From the NCBI GenBank assembly GCA_026395595.1, contig JAPLYL010000005.1:12853-76852 (forward strand): a stretch of 64,000 nucleotides of DNA, written 5' to 3'. Position 1 is the first letter of the stretch; each line of letters opens with the position of its first letter. The stretch comes from Candidatus Parcubacteria bacterium (GTDB lineage: Bacteria; Patescibacteriota; Minisyncoccia; Phycocordibacterales; CAIJYI01). The notes below the pieces were generated by a model. The model was not told the origin of the DNA. It made no database searches and worked only from the letters and a program-made list of their open reading frames with translations. This document shows, piece by piece, positions 57,114-64,000 of the stretch. Both the position numbers and the translations under genes were made by a program.

Positions 57114-57788
57114 TTATTTTAAAATTTCTCCTACCCCCCCCATAACTTTTTCAGTAGCAATTTTTTTATAGTCTTGAGGAACCGGATTTTCATATCCTTC
57201 AAACAGTTCTTCCGGATAAATCGGTTTTCCGAATCGTATCGTCACGAAACGCTTTCGCAAAAGAAATTCTTTCAAGGTTATATGCAAAATTCCCGAAACG
57301 GCAACTGGAACGATTGGAACATTTGCCGCTTTTGCCAAAGCGACAACACCGCCCTTTGCTTCGGACAAACCCCCATCTTTACTCCTGTGTCCTTCGGGGA
57401 AAATAGCAACATTTTTCCCTTCTTTCAAAAGTTTTATATGCGAAGCGAGCGATTTTTCATAATCTTTAACTCCGAAAACAGCAGAATAAACACCAAAACA
57501 ATGCAAAACTGTTTCCGTGTAAAAAAATGAACCGGATAAGCCTTCTTTATAAAACTTTTCTTCTCGAGCGATAAAATAGAGAGGCAGTATTCTTGAAAAC
57601 AAATTAAAACTCCCGGAAATCAGTAGCCCGTCCCCCTCGCTTACATGATTAGCCGCGAAGATAATACCGTTTTTCAATCCTTTCAAATTTTCTTTTCCGC
57701 AGACCTGAAAATGCAGAAAAAAGGCAAACAGGGGTCTCCCGATAAGCCAAGCAAGACGTTGTGATAGTGAAGCGATAATATGCATCAT
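57114..57788 (-). CDS. plsC: 1-acyl-sn-glycerol-3-phosphate acyltransferase (LPLAT family)
   Basis: HxxxxD motif NHVSEGD and FPEGHRS. Start placed at MMHII because an extended -10 (TGGTATAAT) lies immediately upstream. Confidence 0.75.
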   Translation of the reverse strand: MMHIIASLSQRLAWLIGRPLFAFFLHFQVCGKENLKGLKNGIIFAANHVSEGDGLLISGSFNLFSRILPLYFIAREEKFYKEGLSGSFFYTETVLHCFGVYSAVFGVKDYEKSLASHIKLLKEGKNVAIFPEGHRSKDGGLSEAKGGVVALAKAANVPIVPVAVSGILHITLKEFLLRKRFVTIRFGKPIYPEELFEGYENPVPQDYKKIATEKVMGGVGEILK

Positions 57789-57846
57789 AAAGGTATATCT
57801 ATTATACCAACAAAAAGCACAAAAGCCCATAAGACAGTCTTCTGTC

Positions 57847-58160
57847 TCAACTTCGGTAAACTTCGGAGATTTTTGTCATTACTTTTTCATTCGCGATTTT
57901 TTTATAGTCCTTTTCTGTCGGATTTTCATATCCTTCAAAAAGTTCTTCGGGATAAATCGGTTTTCCAAAACGAACAACGGCTTTGTGTCTTCTCAGTAAA
58001 AAGTCTTTCAATTTTATTCTGTAAAGTCCGGAAATGGCAACAGGAATAATGGGCAGACCTGTTATTTGAGACAATGCTACGATTCCTCCTTTTGCTTCTC
58101 CCATTTTTCCATCTTTGCTTATTCCTCCTTCCGGAAAAAAACCGACATTTCTTCCCTTGC
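57847..58160 (-). pseudogene. Truncated duplicate of the plsC 3' portion (about 105 codons, in frame). It is bounded upstream by the left end of the transposon-like unit.
   Basis: The translation RNVGFFPEGGISKDGKMGEAKGGIVALSQITGLPIIPVAISGL...FGKPIYPEELFEGYENP aligns with plsC residues about 130-230. There is no HxxxxD N-terminal half. Confidence 0.65.
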
Positions 58161-58175
58161 GGGGAATCCGGGACA

Positions 58176-58958
58176 GGAATCCGGGACAGTCACGATTATT
58201 TCATAAAATCTGTGTCATAATATACTAAAACTACATCTTTCTTGGTCTTCCTGAACATCGCTTGGTTGATTCAAGATGATGGTTGGCAATCATCGTATCA
58301 ACCCAAGCATCCCTTCCATAAGGAACCCCTTTATTGATTGAAGTACGAATTAAAGAAATCTCTTCTTCTTTTTCCGGAGTATTTACCCATTGAGAATAAG
58401 CATCGGGAATTGGCGTAGGAGAATCATCTAAGAGTTTTTGTTCTTCCTGTGTTCCACTTACTCGTCGCCATGAGCTTCCCCACCGCCAATCTTCACATCT
58501 TTCTGAAAGCTTTGCACGAACAGGATTTCTTTCCACGTATTTGATTAAAGAGAGAAGGTAACTATCATTATCCACCAAAAAAGATTTGTATCTTCCTTGA
58601 TACAGATGACCTGTCCCAATCGTTTTTGTCTGCACATGATAGTTTCTGGTATGAGAGTTGGAAAGACGATGCATAAAAATCCCCATGTCCCCGTCATTTT
58701 TCGGAGAAAGAACAAAGTGCCAATGATTCGGCATTATTGTGTAAGCTATTATGCTCATACCAGTAAGTTCTTTTGCTTCCGATATTAATTTCTCAAAAAG
58801 TTGGTAATCTTCTTTGGTGCGGAAAATAGTCAAACGTCCATTGGCGCGATTGATGACATGATATACTTCATTGGCGAGATCAACTCGAGCAAGTCTTGGC
58901 ATAAACTTTTATATTATATCATAGATTTCAGAAAAGAACCGTGACTGTCCCGGATTCC
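58176..58958 (-). mobile_element. IS200/IS605-like or RAYT-like transposon unit: a single HUH-Y1 transposase gene flanked by 19-bp inverted repeats (ggaatccgggacagtcacg / cgtgactgtcccggattcc).
   Basis: Inverted repeats at 58176-58194 and 58940-58958. An extra direct copy of ggaatccgggacag lies at 58163-58176. Confidence 0.7.
58231..58902 (-). CDS. HUH-superfamily Y1 transposase (IS200/IS605 TnpA-like / REP-associated tyrosine transposase-like)
   Basis: HuH motif PNHWHFVL and catalytic-Tyr region GHLYQGRYKS; 223 aa. Confidence 0.75.
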   Translation of the reverse strand: MPRLARVDLANEVYHVINRANGRLTIFRTKEDYQLFEKLISEAKELTGMSIIAYTIMPNHWHFVLSPKNDGDMGIFMHRLSNSHTRNYHVQTKTIGTGHLYQGRYKSFLVDNDSYLLSLIKYVERNPVRAKLSERCEDWRWGSSWRRVSGTQEEQKLLDDSPTPIPDAYSQWVNTPEKEEEISLIRTSINKGVPYGRDAWVDTMIANHHLESTKRCSGRPRKM

Positions 58959-58979
58959 GCGGATTCAACGGATTTCCCG

Positions 58980-60266
58980 TTATTTTAGCATATCATCAAG
59001 TTCACAAGATAAAAGAACCGATTTCGTAAGAACAATCTCTTCTTTTGAATTGAAATTATCCGCAGTCGCTCGGATTATTTTTGTCGTTATGCTGTCACCA
59101 AACATCGTCCGGTTTGTTTTTTTGAAATATGCCTCGGTTTTTTTGTAAAACAAATCAGCATACCGAAGAAGTTTTTCTTGAGATGCCGGCGGATGGCTGG
59201 TTCCGTTTGAGGTAAATTCAATTTTATTATCGAGGTGTTTGTCTATTTCTCGTTCAGTTATGACCATGTCGTTGAAAATAACCCAATAGTCGCTCAATAT
59301 GAATTTTATCAGAATTTGCACATCGTCATCTGTCTGATAAAGAAATGAAAAATAAAAACGATCATTGAGTAAATCCTCAAAAACTTTTACTCTTTCCAAT
59401 CCCATGACTGTTCTTATTTTATATTTTCCAAGCAAGTAAAGATAACTTTCTCGCCAGTTCGCCAGCCAATCTTCAATAAAATTTCGATTCAAAAATAACG
59501 GAGAAAGATCCTGTTTGAGATTCGCATCACTCACTTTATTCATTTTCAAAGTTAGTTTATCAAAGAGCGAACGCAAATCGGTTACGTCTATCTTTTTTGC
59601 GATAAGATAATCCAAATCGGGAACGGCGGCTTTTCCCATATACCAAAGCAAGTCATAAATATCACGCCCTTTTTCTTCATAGAGAGCTTCTCCGACCCCG
59701 CGAGTTCCGCGCGTAAAAATAGCAGCAATCTTGCTCGCCATAAGCGAAGACATATTGTATGTGATGATAACAAACGACAACTGCCCGCGATTGATCGGGA
59801 TACGTTCGGTAACGGTTTTCGGAGCGGTAAAATGATTAAGATCAATCTTCACATAGATCTGCTTTGACGGGTGACCGATACCGAGCGTCTCACCGATATG
59901 GAATTTTAATGTGAGCCCGCGTTCGCTTGTGATTTTTATGGAAAGAAAATCATCGCTTGCAGCAAATGAATTTGAAAAATACGAAAGAATTTCATTCTTA
60001 AGAGTTTCCAAAAAGGTATCGGTAACTTTTTCCGGCACTTCAAAATCCAGATCAACCGACATTCGATCGAGACCGTGACAAATGCGAAGCGCCGAACCGC
60101 CGTACATAATCCATTTGCCATATTCCGGATGATGGTAAATAAAATTGAGAACATAAAACTGCAATTCTTCCTTCAGAACATTGCGCTCCGTTTCAACGTC
60201 AACCGACTGCCCGCTCGAAATTTCGCTCAGTTTATTCCTAAGATTTGCGAGAATAATTTCACTCAT
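58980..60266 (-). CDS. AbiEii/AbiGii-family nucleotidyltransferase toxin (type IV TA / abortive infection), long form
   Basis: DUF1814-like N-terminal motif YGGSALRICHGLDRMSVDLDFEV. It overlaps the upstream antitoxin gene by 8 nt. Confidence 0.65.
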   Translation of the reverse strand: MSEIILANLRNKLSEISSGQSVDVETERNVLKEELQFYVLNFIYHHPEYGKWIMYGGSALRICHGLDRMSVDLDFEVPEKVTDTFLETLKNEILSYFSNSFAASDDFLSIKITSERGLTLKFHIGETLGIGHPSKQIYVKIDLNHFTAPKTVTERIPINRGQLSFVIITYNMSSLMASKIAAIFTRGTRGVGEALYEEKGRDIYDLLWYMGKAAVPDLDYLIAKKIDVTDLRSLFDKLTLKMNKVSDANLKQDLSPLFLNRNFIEDWLANWRESYLYLLGKYKIRTVMGLERVKVFEDLLNDRFYFSFLYQTDDDVQILIKFILSDYWVIFNDMVITEREIDKHLDNKIEFTSNGTSHPPASQEKLLRYADLFYKKTEAYFKKTNRTMFGDSITTKIIRATADNFNSKEEIVLTKSVLLSCELDDMLK

Positions 60267-60879
60267 GGTCGTAATGTTTTTTTAGCATTAAATAAAACTT
60301 TTCTTTTTCCTCATCACTCATTTCATTCATGTCTACCCGCAATTCATCGATGAGTCTATCTATTTTTTCAAGAGAGACATCGCGAAACTGTCGCGTTTTA
60401 AAATAGAGCATATCAAAAAGCGCTTTGGAAGGAGTAGCGATATAGAAATCGAACTTTCCATGTACAAGGGAAAAATCGGAAAATAGTTCTTTTTTAATGG
60501 TGTGATAAGAAAAACTGCCGGCTTTTGTTTCCCGGCTTCGCGTTCCTTTTGCCGTTACCGAAGTAATGGTGCGAATCGCTTCGGTCGCGAGATTATAATA
60601 CTGCAAAGCGCTCCATGAACTTATGTACGATGGAGAACGTAAGATGTTTGCCAAAAAAAATGTATACGAAATATCATTGGAATTTTTTACATAAAAGTCC
60701 GTTGAAACATACATCCCGTTTTTCAACTGAAAGATATCCTTGCGCTTCAAATATCGGCTGATATACGTATCAACCGTTTTTGGCGCCAATCTGCCCGACT
60801 CCCCCAGACGATATACGGTCTGTTTATCAAAATATGGCAGAGTTTTTAACTGCTCAATGAGATTATATGCTCGTTTCAT
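60259..60879 (-). CDS. AbiEi-family antitoxin / transcriptional regulator
   Basis: About 200 aa, located directly upstream of and overlapping the AbiEii-like gene. N-terminal wHTH-like region. Confidence 0.55.
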   Translation of the reverse strand: MKRAYNLIEQLKTLPYFDKQTVYRLGESGRLAPKTVDTYISRYLKRKDIFQLKNGMYVSTDFYVKNSNDISYTFFLANILRSPSYISSWSALQYYNLATEAIRTITSVTAKGTRSRETKAGSFSYHTIKKELFSDFSLVHGKFDFYIATPSKALFDMLYFKTRQFRDVSLEKIDRLIDELRVDMNEMSDEEKEKFYLMLKKHYDHE

Positions 60880-61017
60880 AATTATGACACTATTGTATCA
60901 AAAGTGAAACGTGTTGTCAATATCAGAGTTTTCCACAACCATCTCCCTCCTCAATAATCGCCATTCAAGCATCGTCCTATGCTCGGAGCAGACAAAAGAG
61001 AGTCGATATTTTATCAC

Positions 61018-62106
61018 CTATTTCGCGTGAGAATGGAAGCCGTAGGATTGGGCGAGTTCGGACATTTTGGGGATGTTTTTGTAGTCTACTTTGCCGACAA
61101 AACCGCCATTTTTGGTTCTTTCTCCGGCAAGTATCATCGTTTCAGTCAGGCAAGAAAACAGTGCTCCTTCCGGCAGACCGATGTTGAATTTATAGGTAAT
61201 CTGCGGAGCGGAGATTAACCCGCCGTCCATAAAAATGATATCTTTTCTTTTTTCAAGTAATTCTTTCGGGGTATTTTTCGGCTGAGTGAGGTCGTAAATA
61301 ACGACGCCTTCTTTCAGAAATTCCGATTTCATCACCGCCCCCTCCGCGCTCGTCGTAACGACGACCATATCGGCCTCCCATACTTTTGTGATATCGTTCG
61401 TGCCGATTATTTCCATTTTTATTTTCTCCGGCAACGCTTCAATTTCTTTTTCCAACGTTTCTATATTCGCCAGCGTTCGGCTCATAAGAATAAGCCGGTT
61501 CACGCTGTGTTTTGTGTTCGTGGCAATTTCCTTGGCGATAGCGCTTCCGATGGAACCGGTGGCGCCAATAACGGCGATCGTTTTTATGGCGGATCCGGCT
61601 TTTGCGAGATAGGTTTCTATGTCTCCGACGGCGATCGTGGCGGTAAGAGTATTTCCGGAAGTAACCGATATTTTTGTTTTTCCGATAACGTCTTTCCCTC
61701 CTTCGGTAACACTGGAAGTAAAAGCACCCAGACCGACAATTTTTGCCCCCATTTTTTCCGCAAGAGCAACCGCCTGCAGAACTTTTTTGCGCGCCGAATC
61801 TTTGTCTTCCAGCATTTGTTTTCCGGTAAGAGGGACGGCGATCATCCAGCCTCGGACAGGCGCGCCGTCAATCCGACTTTGCAGACCTCGGATATCGGTA
61901 ACGACCATCGGCCAGTGATGACGCAGAAAAAATTCAACAACCTTTTCCGGAAAAATTTTCAAGAACGGATATTTTTCCAGCACGTCGCGCATATTCCTCG
62001 GATGAACGATGAAAGCGAAATTATATTCTTTCGGATCAGAACGATCCGGAAGAAGGCGAACGAATAAATCGCGAATATCCCGAGCAATAAGTTTTATGAT
62101 TTTCAT
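61018..62106 (-). CDS. Acyl-ACP reductase (AAR)-like NAD(P)-dependent oxidoreductase
   Basis: Blocks shared with cyanobacterial long-chain acyl-ACP reductase: LGAFTSSV, TSGNTLTA, IAVIGATGSIGSAIA, YDLTQPKN. Confidence 0.55.
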   Translation of the reverse strand: MKIIKLIARDIRDLFVRLLPDRSDPKEYNFAFIVHPRNMRDVLEKYPFLKIFPEKVVEFFLRHHWPMVVTDIRGLQSRIDGAPVRGWMIAVPLTGKQMLEDKDSARKKVLQAVALAEKMGAKIVGLGAFTSSVTEGGKDVIGKTKISVTSGNTLTATIAVGDIETYLAKAGSAIKTIAVIGATGSIGSAIAKEIATNTKHSVNRLILMSRTLANIETLEKEIEALPEKIKMEIIGTNDITKVWEADMVVVTTSAEGAVMKSEFLKEGVVIYDLTQPKNTPKELLEKRKDIIFMDGGLISAPQITYKFNIGLPEGALFSCLTETMILAGERTKNGGFVGKVDYKNIPKMSELAQSYGFHSHAK

Positions 62107-62183
62107 AGTTTTATTGGATTAGCTCAACAATAGAAGTCTTTATTATACCACAAAATCACCTAAAAAGCGAAAACAAAAGATTC

Positions 62184-62537
62184 TTATCTCCAAATTTCCG
62201 ATTTAAAAAACTGTTCTTGAAAATTTGTGGATTTTCGTATCTCTTCGTCTGAAATTTTCGTACCATCGGGAACAATGACGAGTTTATCATCATCGTCATT
62301 CGTTCGGTGGAGTATAGCGACGCATCTGCCGGTAAATTCAGGAACCGGTTCGTTTACTCCGAGCAGATAGGCGTCCAATTCCTCGCCGTCCGGAGCTTTG
62401 GTATCGGGAACAAATCCATAATTGATCTCGTAGACAAAACCATGTTTCGGGTGTTGAGAATGCAAGGGCCGGTCAATTTTAATCGTTACCGTCTGACCAA
62501 GGTATGGGGTTGAATAACTTTTATTTTTTTCTTCCAT
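62184..62537 (-). CDS. ppa: Inorganic pyrophosphatase (short form)
   Basis: Core motif EINYGFVPDT...DGEELDAYLL. Only 117 aa. Confidence 0.6.
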   Translation of the reverse strand: MEEKNKSYSTPYLGQTVTIKIDRPLHSQHPKHGFVYEINYGFVPDTKAPDGEELDAYLLGVNEPVPEFTGRCVAILHRTNDDDDKLVIVPDGTKISDEEIRKSTNFQEQFFKSEIWR

Positions 62538-62552
62538 ATTTTTATGGTTTAC

Positions 62553-64000
62553 CTACTCCTCTAGTCCAATATGGTGTTCATACATCGCTCGGTATCTTCC
62601 GTTTTGGATTTTCATGAGGTCTTCATGAGAGCCGGATTCTATGACTTTTCCCTCTTCCACCACGAGAATTTTGTCGGCTTTTCTTACCGTAGAAAGACGA
62701 TGGGCAACAATGAAGGTGGTTCTTCCTCGCATCAACTCTTCCAGAGAAATGGAAAGCTCTTTTTCGGTTTTTGAATCAAGCGCGCTTGTGGGTTCGTCCA
62801 AAATAAGAATCGCAGGATTTCGCAAAACGGCGCGCGCAATAGCCACCCGCTGTTTTTGCCCGACGGAAAGTTTTACCCCGCGTTCGCCGACTTTCGTTTC
62901 GTAACCGTTCATAAATTTTTCAATGAATTGATCCGCTTGGCTTATTTTTGCCGCCGAAACAACCTGCTCGTGCATCGCATCAAATGTTCCGTATTTTATA
63001 TTCTCCTCAATGGTGTCATTAAAGAGAGAAAGTTCTTGCGGGACAACGGCGATATGAGAACGAAGTTCTTTGAGGTCAAGTTCGCGCGTGTCTTTTCCGT
63101 CAATTTTTATACTCCCCGAAGTCGGAAAGTAGAGGCCCGAGATAAGGCTGATAGTCGTGCTTTTCCCCACGCCGGATTCGCCGACGAGCGCTACGGTTTC
63201 ACCCTGCTTGGCCGTAAAAGAAACGTTATCCAGAATAAGCGCGTCGTCCGTGGCATACTGAAAAGAGACATTTTCAAAAGAGACTTCCCCGCGAATATCT
63301 CCAAGCGGTACCGCATTTTCGGGAACATATATTTCTTCCGGCTGATCAAGTACCACTTCGTACAAAAGTGCTGCCGCCGCAAATCCGGCTTGAAATTGCT
63401 GCCACTGCATACCAATGCGAACGACAGGAGAAAGAAACATGGCAGAATATCCATTGAAAGCCATAAGGGTACCGATAGTTATTTCTCCATTTACAACAAG
63501 TCCGACCGATAAAACAAAAGTCGTTCCTTGAACAACAAAAATCATTGTTCTTTGAAACCCGTCCAAGCGAGACCAAACATGCTCCAGTTTCCGCCAGATT
63601 CCGCGCGCTTCGGTAAATTCTTTCGTACGCCTTTCGTCTTCATACTCTTCAGACGTTGAAATTTTTACGATATTTATTTGAGACACGGCGCTTCCCGCAC
63701 GTCCGTACGCTTTTCCATAAGCGGCAATACCTTCCTTATGTATACTTGCCGTCATCTGAACATTGCGAAGCATCATGACGACATAAATGAGCGCACCCAA
63801 AAGAAGAACAAACGCCAGTTTTACATTAAGGGTAAAAGCGATGGCGATACCGAAAAAAACAGAAAGGAGATCCGGAAAAATACTCAGAGATTGGTTGACG
63901 ATACTCGGCACTCTTCCCGCCGCGCTATGGCATATTTCCCTAATTTCCGATTGGTGGTGTTCTTTATGAAAAGAAAGAGGCAAACGAAGGAGATGATGAT
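62553..64000 (-). CDS. ABC transporter permease/ATPase fusion (MsbA-like exporter); the 5' end lies beyond the window
   Basis: Transmembrane domain followed by Walker A GESGVGKST, signature LSVGQKQR, and Walker B ILILDEPTSALD. The ORF is open at the window end. Confidence 0.85.
   Translation of the reverse strand, partial: HHLLRLPLSFHKEHHQSEIREICHSAAGRVPSIVNQSLSIFPDLLSVFFGIAIAFTLNVKLAFVLLLGALIYVVMMLRNVQMTASIHKEGIAAYGKAYGRAGSAVSQINIVKISTSEEYEDERRTKEFTEARGIWRKLEHVWSRLDGFQRTMIFVVQGTTFVLSVGLVVNGEITIGTLMAFNGYSAMFLSPVVRIGMQWQQFQAGFAAAALLYEVVLDQPEEIYVPENAVPLGDIRGEVSFENVSFQYATDDALILDNVSFTAKQGETVALVGESGVGKSTTISLISGLYFPTSGSIKIDGKDTRELDLKELRSHIAVVPQELSLFNDTIEENIKYGTFDAMHEQVVSAAKISQADQFIEKFMNGYETKVGERGVKLSVGQKQRVAIARAVLRNPAILILDEPTSALDSKTEKELSISLEELMRGRTTFIVAHRLSTVRKADKILVVEEGKVIESGSHEDLMKIQNGRYRAMYEHHIGLEE

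Noticed and set aside
58163-58194. Tandem ggaatccgggacag repeats considered as a separate microsatellite or CRISPR-like repeat
   Set aside because: There are only two copies. The second is part of the 19-bp left inverted repeat of the transposase unit, so the first is better read as a target-site or end duplication.
1-64000. CRISPR arrays, rRNA genes, integrases
   Set aside because: No regularly spaced short direct repeats, no 16S/23S/5S-like conserved blocks, and no tyrosine or serine recombinase motifs were seen anywhere in the window. The only tandem DNA repeats are coding (21380-21500, 43440-43700).

Overview
This 64 kb window looks like a chromosomal segment of a small-genome, AT-moderate bacterium. 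The gene content is typical of Patescibacteria/CPR: a LOG-family protein, compact informational genes, weak or absent Shine-Dalgarno sequences, and many short hypothetical membrane or secreted proteins. Most of the window is housekeeping. Genes with clear motif support are ftsZ (5' partial), trxB, recQ, an SDR reductase, a sufU-sufC-sufT cluster, a YqeY domain protein, truB, parB, miaA, rpmG, rmuC, engB, a sugar epimerase plus a GT4 glycosyltransferase, a DsbA-like protein, topA, rel (RelA/SpoT), rnc, a NusB-Nudix fusion, rpmF, rnhB, dnaE, a P-type ATPase, rplU, tyrS, a sensor histidine kinase, plsC, ppa, and an ABC exporter (3' partial). I support five tRNAs: Val-GAC, Ser-CGA, Glu-TTC, Leu-CAA and Trp-CCA. 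The notable non-housekeeping content falls into four groups. First, a modular, multi-copy MITE-like structured repeat family occurs in intergenic regions. It has a 54-bp core in four copies, hairpin-bearing terminal inverted repeats with compensatory arm changes, and one core-less solo copy. Second, a small accessory island at 57.8-61.0 kb carries a HUH/Y1 (IS200/RAYT-like) transposase flanked by 19-bp inverted repeats. It sits next to a truncated duplicate of the plsC 3' end and an AbiEi/AbiEii type IV toxin-antitoxin/abortive-infection pair. Third, partial duplicates of tRNA 3' ends lie beside the tRNA-Glu, tRNA-Leu and tRNA-Val genes (three of the five tRNAs), read as remnant att-site scars. 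Fourth, there are several unusual proteins: a PI3/PI4-kinase-like protein translationally coupled to rnc, an acyl-ACP-reductase-like oxidoreductase, a 708-aa coiled-coil protein, an unannotated 45-aa basic protein with a perfect consensus promoter, acidic Trp-rich small proteins, and a tandem-repeat secreted protein. I found no CRISPR array and no rRNA.
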